From positions 24,741 to 88,740 of the forward strand of contig JBBIPP010000005.1 in assembly GCA_037442745.1 (NCBI GenBank): a stretch of 64,000 bases of DNA. Direction: 5' to 3'. Source of the DNA: an archaeon. GTDB taxonomy: Archaea; SpSt-1190; DYHY01. Position 1 is the first letter of the stretch; every line of letters begins with the position of its first letter. Below the pieces are notes generated by a model. The model made no database searches. It worked only from the letters and a program-made list of their open reading frames with translations, and was not told the DNA's origin. The translations under genes were made by a program, and so were the position numbers. This document shows positions 1 to 10,291 of the stretch, piece after piece.

Positions 1-88
1 GATTCTCAGATATGACGGACGGCCCCTTTCCGCGGGGAACGTTTTCAAGGGGTTTTCAAAAATTTCGAAAGAGGGGGGAAGAATCTGA

Positions 89-940
89 ATGGCAACTCTT
101 GGAGAGCTTTCGGCAAGGGTTCCTGACTGGTGCCCCGGATGCGGGAATTTCGCAATATTGAACGCTCTGAAAAAGTCGATTGTAGACCTGAAAATTGACC
201 CGAAGGATTTCGTCCTGACTGCTGGGATTGGCTGCTCCGGAAAAACCCCCCAATGGCTGAACACATATTCAATACACACTCTCCACGGGCGGGCGCTTCC
301 GGTTGCGACAGGAGTGAAGCTTGCGAACAGCGACCTGACAGTTGTTGTTTCCGGAGGGGACGGGGATGGCTATGGGATTGGTATTGGCCACTTTATCCAC
401 GCAATGAGGAGAAACATTGACATAACTTATCTTGTCCATGACAATCAGGTCTATGGATTGACAACCGGTCAGACTAGCCCAACAAGCGAAAAGGGCTATG
501 TCTCAAAATCCACCCCGGCCGGAGTAATAGAGGTTCCTGTGAACCCTATCGCCCTTGCAATTGAATCTGGAGCAACATATGTTGCGAGAGCCTATGCTGG
601 GGACTTGATGCACCTCTCGGGAATTATTACCGAAGCAATCAAACACAAGGGATTCTCCTTGGTTGACATTCTCCAGCCATGCGTCACGTTCAACAGGAGG
701 AACACCTACGACTGGTTCCAAAAAGTCATCTACAAACTCCCGTCAGAATACGACCCGAAAGACAGGCAAGCGGCGCTCCTGAAAGCGGAGGAATTTGGGG
801 AAAAAACAGGGATTCCGATAGGAGTTCTCTACAGGTCAGAGAGGCCGACATATTCGGACGAAGTCCCTCAGTTGAAGACGCCGATTGTCAGGCAAAGCCT
901 CGATATTGACATTGACAGGCTGATGGCGAAATTGGTCTGA
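89..940 (+). CDS. 2-oxoacid:ferredoxin oxidoreductase, beta (TPP-binding) subunit
   Basis: N-terminal CPGCG motif, GDGD TPP-binding loop, overall similarity to KorB/PorB; the alpha subunit would lie upstream, outside the window. Confidence 0.8.
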   Translation: MATLGELSARVPDWCPGCGNFAILNALKKSIVDLKIDPKDFVLTAGIGCSGKTPQWLNTYSIHTLHGRALPVATGVKLANSDLTVVVSGGDGDGYGIGIGHFIHAMRRNIDITYLVHDNQVYGLTTGQTSPTSEKGYVSKSTPAGVIEVPVNPIALAIESGATYVARAYAGDLMHLSGIITEAIKHKGFSLVDILQPCVTFNRRNTYDWFQKVIYKLPSEYDPKDRQAALLKAEEFGEKTGIPIGVLYRSERPTYSDEVPQLKTPIVRQSLDIDIDRLMAKLV

Positions 941-947
941 AAGCGCA

Positions 948-2051
948 ATGGAGCATCCGGCTCTTCACTGGAAGGCTCTTCCAAACAAATCAATCCAATG
1001 CCGTCTCTGTTCCCAGTTCTGCCTGATTAAAGAGGGCGAAAATGGTTTCTGCCGTGTCAGGAAGAATGCAAAGGGAAAGCTTCTCTCCCTGTCCTATGGA
1101 AATGCCTGTGGAATTTCAATTGACCCGATTGAGAAAAAGCCTTTCTTCCATTTCAGGCCAGGCTCATCCTGCCTCTCGTTTGGCACTCCAGGATGTAATT
1201 TCGCCTGCCTTGGCTGTCAGAACTGGGAGCTGTCGCAAGAGCCCAGACTTGTAGCTGAAGCGGAGCTAAAGTCCGTGCAACTGGATAAATCCCGGGATTC
1301 GCGCTGGCAGGGGCCGAGAATAGAGCCTGTTAAGGGAGAAAATCCTTCTTCAGAGAGAGCAGTCCGCCCAAAGGAAATTGTCGCTCTTGCCAAAGGAACG
1401 GACGGGATTGCATACACATATTCGGAGCCGACTATTTTCTACGAATATGTGAGGGACTGCGCGAAGCTGGCGAAAAGGCGGGGGCTCTACAACGCCCTAG
1501 TCTCCAACGGCTTTTTCTCGCCTGAACTTGCGGACGAGCTTTCAAAAGAGAAACTGTTTGACGCAATAAGGATTGACTACAAGTTCCCTGACAACGAAAG
1601 CTATCTGAAATATTGCGGAGCGAGGAAAAAACCAGTAGTTGGGAACATCAAAAAGATTTTTGAATCTGGAATCCATCTTGAGGTAATTAATCTAGTGATT
1701 CCTGGTCTAAACGATTCTGAAAAATCTCTTGGGAAAACTGCCAGAAAAATCGCGGGAATTGACCCTGAAATACCCGTTCATTTCTCAAGGTTCCACCCGG
1801 ACTATTCGTTCGGGGGAATCCCGACTCCGAAGGAAACCCTTCTCCTTGCGGGAAAAATAGCGGCCAAATGCGGGCTAAAGCACGTCTATCTCGGGAACGC
1901 GCCAGACATCCCCGGAGGGGAGAACGCCTTCTGCGCAGGATGCGGGGCCCTTTTGATTGAAAGGAGGGGATTTTTTGTTTCAAAAAACCTTTTGAACAAG
2001 TGGGGACGCTGTCCAGAATGCGGAAAGAAATTAAGGGGGGTTTTTAGTTGA
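948..2051 (+). CDS. AmmeMemoRadiSam-system radical SAM enzyme (AmrS-like)
   Basis: N-terminal Cys pair (CRLCSQFC), radical SAM CNFACLGC motif, conserved YTYSEPT and pyruvate formate-lyase-activase-like core; an atypical ~50 aa insertion follows the Cys motif. Confidence 0.7.
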   Translation: MEHPALHWKALPNKSIQCRLCSQFCLIKEGENGFCRVRKNAKGKLLSLSYGNACGISIDPIEKKPFFHFRPGSSCLSFGTPGCNFACLGCQNWELSQEPRLVAEAELKSVQLDKSRDSRWQGPRIEPVKGENPSSERAVRPKEIVALAKGTDGIAYTYSEPTIFYEYVRDCAKLAKRRGLYNALVSNGFFSPELADELSKEKLFDAIRIDYKFPDNESYLKYCGARKKPVVGNIKKIFESGIHLEVINLVIPGLNDSEKSLGKTARKIAGIDPEIPVHFSRFHPDYSFGGIPTPKETLLLAGKIAAKCGLKHVYLGNAPDIPGGENAFCAGCGALLIERRGFFVSKNLLNKWGRCPECGKKLRGVFS

Positions 2052-2695
2052 AGCTCGAGTCTTTGCCTGAGAAGAAAAAGCGGGCAGGAAAAATACTCTC
2101 AATCCTGCGGAAGGAATACTCTTCGGCGAAAATCTCCCTCAATTATTCCAATCCAGTCCAGATGGCTGTTGCTGTGATACTCTCCGCCCAATGCACTGAC
2201 AAAAAGGTCAACGAAGCGACCCCTGCTCTCTTCCGCAAATACAGGAAGCTCTCGGATTTCGCGAATGCAAAAAGAGCCGAATTGGAAAGGCTCATTTTCC
2301 GGACGGGATTCTACCGGAACAAGGCGAGAAACATAATAGGCTTTGCGAAAGGGCTCGAAAAACTTGGTGGAATTTTTCCTGACTCGCTTTCGGAACTGAC
2401 CAAGCTACCCGGGATTGGAAGGAAGACCGGGAACGTCATTCTCGCGAACCTCTACGGGAAAAACGAAGGGGTTATCGTCGACACCCATGTATTCAGGATT
2501 TCCCGGCTCCTCGGGCTCGCGAGAGGGAAAACTCCCGAGAAAGTTGAGAGGGACCTGATTGCAATTATTCCGGGGAAAAACAGGCTAGTTTTTTCCAATT
2601 CCATCGTCTTCCACGGGCGAGCTGTCTGCATTGCAAGGAGGCCGAAATGCCCGGAATGCTCTCTGAAAGGCCTATGTCCTTCGGCATTTGATTAA
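2048..2695 (+). CDS. nth: endonuclease III (DNA glycosylase/AP lyase, 4Fe-4S)
   Basis: HhH-GPD motif LPGIGRKTGNVIL, C-terminal CxxxxxxCxxCxxxxxC cluster, TTG start overlapping the upstream stop. Confidence 0.85.
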   Translation: MKLESLPEKKKRAGKILSILRKEYSSAKISLNYSNPVQMAVAVILSAQCTDKKVNEATPALFRKYRKLSDFANAKRAELERLIFRTGFYRNKARNIIGFAKGLEKLGGIFPDSLSELTKLPGIGRKTGNVILANLYGKNEGVIVDTHVFRISRLLGLARGKTPEKVERDLIAIIPGKNRLVFSNSIVFHGRAVCIARRPKCPECSLKGLCPSAFD

Positions 2696-2837
2696 GGAAC
2701 GCTTGCCAAGTCCGTCTTTGAATACGTGATTCTCTCGGGGCTTTCCGAAAGAATTTTCTCTGTATAGAATGTGGCGTCAGTCGCAATGGGGACTGGAATT
2801 ACTTTAACTCCGCGAGAAATTCCCGTAGCTCTCGCCT

Positions 2838-3954
2838 CTTTCACATAGCCTTAGGCGTCCCGAGATATTCGATTTCTGAATATTTTGACAAATCCAACGT
2901 TTTTCCGAGAACATTGTCAATAATGAACTGGCTTTGCTTTAACCTCTCGGTCGCGTTCCAGTAGTTTCCCGCATTGTCTTTCCCCGAAATTGCTTTCGAC
3001 ACGTCCGGAAGAGCTATAAGGCAGTCGTAAATCCGGTGTTCTGAGAAAAATTCCGAAATTATTTTGTTCCGGCTCGTTGAGGGGGCTGCGAAATCGTATT
3101 TCCGGTCGAATGAAGCTCCCTCATTGCCTCTGGGAATAGTGGGACAATGCCGACCGGGTTTTTCGGCAGGAATTCTTTGTATTCCGAGCGAATTGTTTTC
3201 GTATTTGAGCTCTCTTCGGCTGTGTCAAAGCCCCAAGCGAATCGTATAAATTTGGCCAGAACGGCTCGCAGTAGATTCCCGTCAAGGAGTCTTTGTACGA
3301 GAGCCTTTTCGGAATGCCCGGTGAAAGAATCGGCGACAGCGCAGTCGAAATCAGGGATTAAAGGCTTTTTCCCGGCTACAACTACTATGAAAGTGGTTCT
3401 TAAATAATTGTCGGGAGATAGTTCGCATATTCCTCTAGGCGCTCCTGGAAGAATTTCGCGTCCCGCCTGAGAATTTCTGTGAACTGCTCAATCTTATCAT
3501 AATAGAAATATTTCTCGCGAAGAGGCCTGATGAACTTTAGTATTGGGCTTGTGCACCATCTTGCAAGATAGTCTGTCTGGGTATAGCCGTCAATCTTGAA
3601 TTCAACCCAGCCGTGGTTCGCTGTAATCGGATTTTTCGGGTCAGTGCCGGGTTTCGGTTTCGGTGCGAAATACATTTTCATATTTACCCACATCCAGTTC
3701 AGGGCATACTTGTAGTCAACTTCGCCTTGCGCCCGTATCCACGCCGCAATGAATGTGCCTTCCCCTGGCTGAGTCGGGGGAACATTGACATATCTCACTT
3801 CCTGCGGATAATATGAGAGGTCGTTTAGGATCCCGAAGGTCTTCCTATAAATCTGGTCAATTCCCCAGCCCTCAATCCTGAATGTGATATAATGGAGGGC
3901 GTGATAATTGACAGGTCCTGACCAGTCAACAGTTTCTACTGGGGGGACTCCCAT
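2838..3954 (-). pseudogene. hypothetical protein interrupted by two frame changes (or sequencing indels)
   Basis: ORF 3400..3954 ends at a TAA, then protein-like translation continues in a second frame (about 3002..3397, no start codon) and a third frame (about 2838..3115); no family recognised. Confidence 0.35.
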
Positions 3955-4031
3955 TTTGCAGCAACCATCCCTGAAAAGGTATTATTAAGCGTTTTGGTCG
4001 AAAATCGCCCGAAAAACGTTTTAAATTTCAA

Positions 4032-4820
4032 TTGCTCAAAGGATTCGCAATGGCTCAGACAGCTCCTTCCCAGACATTTCCCGGCACTCTTCCAGATTCA
4101 AGGGAAAAGCGTGGGGCGGGAGTTAAACAGAGGCTCGGCTCGAAAATTGCCGGGGAAATTGTAATGTCCGAGTCCCCCCCAAAGGCGCTCAAAAAATGGC
4201 GGGAGATTTTCAAAATAAAGCAAAAGGAACTCGCAAAGGCGCTGAAAGTCAAGCCGTCCGTTATCAGCGACTATGAGAGCGGGAGGCGGAAGAGCCCGGG
4301 AACTGTTGTCGTAAGGAAGGTTGTCGAAACTCTTCTCGCAATTGATGAAACAAAGGGAAGCCAGACAATATTCGAGTTCTCAAACATGCTTTCAGGGGAC
4401 GCGATTTTCGAGATAATTCTCGACATCAAAGAATTCCAAAAGCCCCTGAAAGTGAAGGATTTCGTAGAGGCGACAAAGGGAACGGTTGTGAGCGGAACCC
4501 AGTATATTGACAGGGACGTTTTCGGATACACTGTTATTGACTCAATCAGGGCAATTGTGGAGTTCTCTCCGTTGGAACTTGCGAAAATATACGGTTCAAC
4601 AACCCAGAGGGCGCTAGTATTCTCGAAAATAACATCCGGAAGAAGCCCGATGATTGCAATAAAATTGACAAGCCTAAAGCCGGCTGTCGTCATTTTCCAC
4701 GGCCCCCAGGAAATTGACAAATTGGCAGTGAAGATTGCGGAGACCGAGAAAATTCCCGTGATTCTCTCCAATTTCCCGACTCTGGACGAATTGATTGCAT
4801 CCCTTCGGTCGAAATTCTGA
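4032..4820 (+). CDS. HTH (XRE-like) transcriptional regulator with C-terminal COG1395-like domain
   Basis: Helix-turn-helix ELAKALKVKPSVISDYESGRR followed by a ~180 aa conserved archaeal regulator domain. Confidence 0.55.
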   Translation: MLKGFAMAQTAPSQTFPGTLPDSREKRGAGVKQRLGSKIAGEIVMSESPPKALKKWREIFKIKQKELAKALKVKPSVISDYESGRRKSPGTVVVRKVVETLLAIDETKGSQTIFEFSNMLSGDAIFEIILDIKEFQKPLKVKDFVEATKGTVVSGTQYIDRDVFGYTVIDSIRAIVEFSPLELAKIYGSTTQRALVFSKITSGRSPMIAIKLTSLKPAVVIFHGPQEIDKLAVKIAETEKIPVILSNFPTLDELIASLRSKF

Positions 4821-4822
4821 TT

Positions 4823-5308
4823 ATGGAAAGAAAGTCGCAGTTGGCGCTGGAGTTCTTGGCAATAGTCGCAGTCGGGGCTCTTGCCCTCGCGTTCTCAGTC
4901 GCCCTCCTATTTGGTGGTTTTTCTGGGATTGAAAGGGCGGCTCTCGGTAGGAACGCGCAGGAAGTGGAAGACTTTCTATCTTTTGCGGGAAAAGCAGGGG
5001 GGCCGGGAGCATTCTCGTTGAAAAAGGGCTTGCGTGTCTTTCCAACCGGGGAGCTGGCAATTTTCTCTGGAAAAGGGGCAACTTTTGTCGCAACATGCGG
5101 GAAATTCTCCGGATTTTCTGAAAAAATTGTCTCTGAAGAGTTCCTTTCGGCCGAATTGCCGGAAGGATTCCTGCAATCAGGGTGTAGCAGGGGGCGTTTC
5201 AGTAGCGGAAAGGGGCTGTCCGGAAAACTTGTCATTCGGGCACTAGGGAGTTCGAGAGGAGAAAGGGTGATTTCTGTTGAGAAGGCCGAGGGAGAGTCTT
5301 CCAGATGA
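4823..5308 (+). CDS. archaeal type IV pilin-like protein (class III signal peptide)
   Basis: N-terminus MERKSQLALEFLAIVAVGALALAF matches the prepilin peptidase substrate motif (K-S/Q, E at +5, hydrophobic helix). Confidence 0.55.
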   Translation: MERKSQLALEFLAIVAVGALALAFSVALLFGGFSGIERAALGRNAQEVEDFLSFAGKAGGPGAFSLKKGLRVFPTGELAIFSGKGATFVATCGKFSGFSEKIVSEEFLSAELPEGFLQSGCSRGRFSSGKGLSGKLVIRALGSSRGERVISVEKAEGESSR

Positions 5309-5559
5309 AAAGCCAGATTGCGCTCGAATTCCTCCTCGTCTTCCTTGCGGCAGCCATTTCATTCTCGTTCGCTCTCGCATTCTCAAACGGAGCTTTTGGG
5401 GAAGGGGATCTGGGCGGGAAAGAGGGCGCGGAAAGAATTTCAAACTCGCACATAATCGGCTCCGCGCGGCATCTGGGAATCCCGTTCAGAACGGAAGTTA
5501 TCGGGAATTCTACCGCGCCTTCCGAATTCAGGAGCTATTCGAGGGGGCGCCCGGGATGA
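5305..5559 (+). CDS. archaeal type IV pilin-like protein (class III signal peptide)
   Basis: N-terminus MKSQIALEFLLVFLAAAISF; start overlaps the previous gene's stop. Confidence 0.5.
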   Translation: MKSQIALEFLLVFLAAAISFSFALAFSNGAFGEGDLGGKEGAERISNSHIIGSARHLGIPFRTEVIGNSTAPSEFRSYSRGRPG

Positions 5560-5915
5560 AGCGCGCCCAGATTTCCGCGGATTTCATTTTCTCGATTTTC
5601 TCATTCTCGCTTGTCTTCCTCTCGTTCCTCCATTTCGCAGTCTCGGTCGGGGACGAGTTCTCTGAAAGCGCCCGCTTCTTCAGGGAATTTTCCCAAGCTT
5701 CAATTGAAGGGGACCGGATTCTCATTAACCCTGAAGATGGGCTGGCGTCCCGCGAATTCGGAAGGGCAAGAAACCATTTGCTAAGAGCAGTCCCTGAAGA
5801 GAGGAATTCCTCGGATTCATTTGGCTATTGCCAGTTTCGGGCTGGAAGTTTCAAGGGAGAAGTTGTTGTGTTCAGGTCCTGCGCGAACAATCAAAATGAG
5901 GAAAGAGGAGAGTGA
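5556..5915 (+). CDS. archaeal type IV pilin-like protein (class III signal peptide)
   Basis: Internal ATG at 5556 gives MKRAQISADFIFSIFSFSLVFL; the listed ORF 5277..5915 has a spurious N-terminal extension. Confidence 0.45.
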   Translation: MKRAQISADFIFSIFSFSLVFLSFLHFAVSVGDEFSESARFFREFSQASIEGDRILINPEDGLASREFGRARNHLLRAVPEERNSSDSFGYCQFRAGSFKGEVVVFRSCANNQNEERGE

Positions 5916-6669
5916 AGACTCCGGTCAACCTGAGTCTCAATTCCCGACTCGAAACCTTTCTCGCTGACATATCCTCCGAAGGATTCCGTCTCAATCATTC
6001 TTTTAGCTTCAGGGTCCTGAAGAATTGAGGGACGGAAGGTCCCAAAACCTGGCGTTAGGGGAAGGATTGATTCCGCATCTTTCTCCTCCAATTGAACTCC
6101 GAGGGATTTTCCCACGCAGACTGCTTCCAGAGCAGCTGACTTAAGCTCCCTTGTAAGTTTGTTTGAGACAAGTTCCCAGCAGTTCTTTCCCGTAATTGCG
6201 CAAACATGGTTGAAGCCGACGTTCCAGAGGAATTTTTCCACTTGGAGTGCCTGATGTCATTTTGGATAACAAAGGGGATTTTCGCTTTCCTGAAAATTTC
6301 CGAGAGAATCATTATCCGCTCGATTCCGTTGTTCCCGTCCCTTTCCCCGAATTCTGCCTGCCCCGGCCAGGAGATTTCTATTTTCCTCGGTCCAGCCATT
6401 GAAAACCAGCCATTGACAAGGGAATTGGCAGGTCGTATTCCCAAAATTTCCTCGGCCAGCTCCTCGTTTCCAAGGCAGTTCTGAAAGCAGATGGCAATTT
6501 TGCCTTCTTTTACAAGGGGTTTTGCGGAGAGGCAGGCAGATTCTAGGTAGAAGGTTTTCGTTGAAATTGTTAGGCAATCAACAGGGCTTGTTGTTTCCGG
6601 CGCATTGGTCGCATTCACCCTTGAGACCGATTTCCCCCAAGTCTCCGAGATTTCAATCCAGTTCTTCAT
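5891..6669 (-). pseudogene. hypothetical protein with apparent frameshift near 6200
   Basis: Two overlapping minus-strand ORFs in different frames (6055..6669 and 5891..6241), both protein-like; no family recognised. Confidence 0.3.
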
Positions 6670-6790
6670 TGTTTCTTCCAGATTGGCTCCACTGGCAACG
6701 AGGGGGAATGAATAGCCAGCGCGCTCGAAGAAATATGCGAAAGAGCATCCGACGGCGACAGCGCCAATTATTGCTATTTTTTCAATTAGC

Positions 6791-7471
6791 CTAGAACCCG
6801 GAGATGATTTCCCTGACAGCAGCTTTCACGTCCTTTGCAAGGGTTATGTAGGATGCCAAAAGGACGCCTTCTGCTCCCAGTTCAATTGCTTTCCTGACAT
6901 CTTCGCCAGAGGAAATTCCCGCTCCGCAGAGTACTTTTGCCCCGGGGGAATTAGCTCTTACAGCTCTAACGCTTCCGTAAATGACCTCCGGCTTTGAGGA
7001 GGAGACCGAAATCCCCGAACCAATCAATTCTGGGGGTTCGACTGATACGAAATCGGGGGAGATCTTGGCGACAATTGCGGAATCAGCCTCGTCTGTTGCG
7101 CAGGCAATTGTGACAAGGCCGGTCTCCCTGCAGAGGGAAACAGTTTTCCCGAGAACCTCCTTTGGAACCTGGTGTTCTGCATGGTTGAGAAGAGTCCCCC
7201 TTGCTCCGGATAAGAAGATGGCGGAAGGGCTAAGGAACCCTGTATTTTTTCCGGGAGATATAAGATCAGCGTGCTGGGCGAAGACCTTGACTTTTTTGAC
7301 CGCTTTTGAGACAAGCGACAAGTCTGTTGCCTGAGGGCAGACAATTGCCTCAATGTCTTTCCTCTTCGTTCTCAAGAGTTCGGATTCAATTGCCTTGGCA
7401 ATTTTCACGGCGTTCTTTCCGCTCGACTCTGAATATGTCTTCAGGTTAACGACAAGATACTTTTTCTCCAT
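6791..7471 (-). CDS. tpiA: triosephosphate isomerase (archaeal short type)
   Basis: 226 aa, NHAEH catalytic motif, glycine-rich loop GAGISSGEDV, archaeal TIM length. Confidence 0.9.
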   Translation of the reverse strand: MEKKYLVVNLKTYSESSGKNAVKIAKAIESELLRTKRKDIEAIVCPQATDLSLVSKAVKKVKVFAQHADLISPGKNTGFLSPSAIFLSGARGTLLNHAEHQVPKEVLGKTVSLCRETGLVTIACATDEADSAIVAKISPDFVSVEPPELIGSGISVSSSKPEVIYGSVRAVRANSPGAKVLCGAGISSGEDVRKAIELGAEGVLLASYITLAKDVKAAVREIISGF

Positions 7472-7531
7472 AGTGCTTTCGCTTCTTGCCCCTTTCTTTA
7501 AATCCCTTTCCAGAAGAAATCCTTATTGGCG

Positions 7532-7699
7532 TTATGCGATTTTTTCGAACATGTGCTCGAGCTTTTTCATTATCTCGGGCATTGTCGTGTATTCCAAGTC
7601 GTCCGCAGGAAGGCGGTGTGGTTCGAAAGGACAGAGATTCCGGAGGAAATGCCAAATCTGGTTGGCATCATCCCTCACATTGTCAAAATATTGGTCATC
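7532..7699 (-). CDS. small hypothetical protein (55 aa)
   Basis: ATG-initiated protein-like ORF below the 60-aa track cutoff (MFDDQYFDNVRDDANQIWHFLRNL...). Confidence 0.2.
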   Translation of the reverse strand, partial: DDQYFDNVRDDANQIWHFLRNLCPFEPHRLPADDLEYTTMPEIMKKLEHMFEKIA

Positions 7700-7814
7700 G
7701 AACATGTCAACCGGCCCGCGAGCTTTCCGTTGCGGACTTGATCAGAGGGCAACGACCCTCTGGAGGCCGTCAAACCTTGTCGTATTTGATTCACTCTTGG
7801 AGACTGGCATCAGT

Positions 7815-8314
7815 GGCCAGTTATGGCTTCCCCCGCATCAAGCCGGAAACAATCCAAGGAGTTGTGAATGCTTCAATGACTTTGCCAACCGCAGGAAGGC
7901 CGGACTGGCACCTGACAATTGCGACTGGGTCGTCCTTTCCGACATATTTTCCGGCAATGAAGCTCAGGAGATTTGTAGAAGATACTGCCACGACAAGGCA
8001 GTCTCCTTTCTCCTAATTGATTTTATCACATACTTGCTTGTCGAGCCGATGAAGGCAATTAGCGCGTAGATTTCCTCTGGACAGGAGAATTCTATTTTCT
8101 TGTTCGCCTTGACGTAATTGACCTCGAAAATAAAGCAATCATTCATTGATTTGTCAATAACAAGCCCCGCAGTGTTGAAGGTGTCGGCGAACATTTTGTA
8201 TAGGGGCAAGTTCCATGACGAGGGCGTTGTCTTGTCCGCAATTAGGACAATTACCGGCTCGCTTTTTCTCTCATAGAACCCAATTTCAGCAACGCCCGGG
8301 CCGATTCCCTTCAC
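7815..8314 (-). pseudogene. hypothetical protein with apparent frameshift near 7990
   Basis: ORF 7964..8314 continues in the +1 frame to 7815 (..CLVVAVSSTNLLSFIAGKYVGKDDPVAIVRCQSGLPAVGKVIEAF..). Confidence 0.3.
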
Positions 8315-8372
8315 GTTCCCGGAAAAGCTGTCCGCGAGAATGTCTTGCCCCGCCCAGTGGAGCTTGAGCCCC

Positions 8373-8707
8373 TTAAGAATCCGTGCAGGAAAGGAAAACT
8401 TCCAATGCTAGCTTGTGGACACTTTCAGAATCAATTCCGTGGCGATGCGTCATTATCAGTTCCAAATAATCCCTGCAGGAGGAGACATTGTAGTTTATCA
8501 GGAACCCTTTTGCCTTTTCGTCATCAAGGTGCTTTTTCGCTCTTGTCGAAAGAATGGGTTGACTGAGACCTGCCCCGGATATTCCCAGAAATCCGCCTTG
8601 ATTGCGCTCATGGTTATTTTCCACTCTGACTTTTTTCCGACTTTTGCCTTTTCAGTTGAGACAGCCCCTTTCTTTTCCATTTTCGCCCTGAGCCCGGCCT
8701 CCTTCAT
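8373..8707 (-). pseudogene. hypothetical protein with apparent frameshift near 8520
   Basis: ORFs 8498..8707 and 8373..8624 overlap in different frames, both protein-like. Confidence 0.25.
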
Positions 8708-9265
8708 AAGAGTATTACATTGTATTACCTTCTGATTTAAATATTGTTTTCAATTTGTATGTGACCGCTAAAAGGATTCTCAATTGGGCTTTATTGACAA
8801 CTCCGCAAAATGGAGAACTGGCTTGCTTGATTTTTAAGAATAATGACACTCTCCAAAAGCCGGAATTTTTTCCTCTTGTTCAGCCGGATTCCGTGGAGGG
8901 AAGCTCAATTGACTATTTTTCGGGGCAAGTTTCCAAGGTTTTTCCGGAAGCTTCCCGTTATCTTGGAGTTGAAGGGCAGTTCCCGAGAAATCGGCTTTAA
9001 TTGAGGGGATTGCAAGCAGGATTGTCTAAGAAATCTGGCATCCAATCCCCGGCTATTCTGATGTTTCCGAAAGTTAGAGGGCGCGCAAAATCCTAGCAGT
9101 TTGCAGGGCTTTTGCGGCAAAGGAGGTGTGTGAAAAAACAATCCTTGACGAATACGATATTGGCAAGGAGTATCTCGCAATAGTGGCAGTTGAAATTGAC
9201 CCTATTTGTAAGAAAGATTTTCTAAGAGGGGTTGTCAGGGGAACTTTCAGGGGAAATTCCGTTCC

Positions 9266-10276
9266 TCAGTATTTCTGGTAATATTTGTCGGAGAATGCCG
9301 AATTGCGCTCGTGAAAGACCGTCTCCCAGACAGGCTTTGCGTTCGCGCTCACAATGTTGTTTATCTCCCGCATCCTCTTCAGTGATTCGTTCCTCAAGAA
9401 GCCGGAAAAGTCTGAAGAGGAGAAAGCTTCCTGCCAGACTGCGCGTCCTACTGCATATCCGCTCGCGCCAGCCTTCGATGCCAGGTAAATCTGCTTCCTG
9501 AAAATGTTGAAATGCGCCCCTTGGGAAAGAAGTATCCATGGAACGCTTGTCGCCTCATCCAGAGCTTTCGCGTGCCCTAGGGCCTTTTCAAGGTCGTGCT
9601 CATAGTTCAGGTCGCAGGGAAAGTCGGTCTTCAGTATGTCAATTCCGAGTTTCGAGAACCTCTCAGCAGTCCTTATTATCAGTTCGGGCTTTTTCTTTGC
9701 GAATTCGGGCGAATTCTTCTTCTCAGAGAGGCTGTAGGGGAGAGGCTCGACAAGAAAGAGGATGTCTTCCTTCCTGCACTCTTTCGAGAGCCCCCGTATC
9801 AGATTTTCTGCGCGCCTTGAGGCCCGCTTGTATTCCGGGCTGTAGAAAACGAAGAGCTTCACTCCGTCCGCTCCCGCCCTCTTGATTTTTCTGACTCCCC
9901 AATTCTTCAGGAGAACGGTGTTTCGCCCCGCCTTGTTCTCAAAATATCCCGTTTTCTCAATTGACGTCAGTACGCCCTTGTCCGAGAGGAGGCGCGAATA
10001 TATTGTCGGGAAGAGTATTGTCTCCGGGTCGAGGATGAATGCGTTCGCTTCTGGCGAGAGAATTGAGAGAATCTCCTGCTTTTTCGAGAATATTTCCACG
10101 AATTTGGCCTTGGCGGGATCGGACGGGCTTATCAGCTTCTTTATCGAGTCCCTGTGGTCAATTGCCAGAATTCTGAAGAATCCGTCCCTCGCAATCCGGG
10201 ATAGCCCGAGGAACTTGCCCGGGGCAAGCCTGTCGTGCGTTTTTTCTGCTTTGCTCTGCTTCTTTCTTGTTGCCAT
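9266..10276 (-). CDS. tagatose-1,6-bisphosphate aldolase family protein (LacD/DUF2090-like class I aldolase)
   Basis: Collinear similarity to LacD: ILAIDHRDS, ILDPE, EKTGY, GADGVKLFVFY, ILFLVEPLPY. Confidence 0.65.
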   Translation of the reverse strand: MATRKKQSKAEKTHDRLAPGKFLGLSRIARDGFFRILAIDHRDSIKKLISPSDPAKAKFVEIFSKKQEILSILSPEANAFILDPETILFPTIYSRLLSDKGVLTSIEKTGYFENKAGRNTVLLKNWGVRKIKRAGADGVKLFVFYSPEYKRASRRAENLIRGLSKECRKEDILFLVEPLPYSLSEKKNSPEFAKKKPELIIRTAERFSKLGIDILKTDFPCDLNYEHDLEKALGHAKALDEATSVPWILLSQGAHFNIFRKQIYLASKAGASGYAVGRAVWQEAFSSSDFSGFLRNESLKRMREINNIVSANAKPVWETVFHERNSAFSDKYYQKY

Positions 10277-10291
10277 TCCGTTCTTTTCCCC

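Noticed and set aside
7353-8069. 238-aa plus-strand ORF between tpiA and the 7815..8314 gene
   Set aside because: Low-complexity translation antisense to protein-like minus-strand frames. The minus-strand models were preferred.
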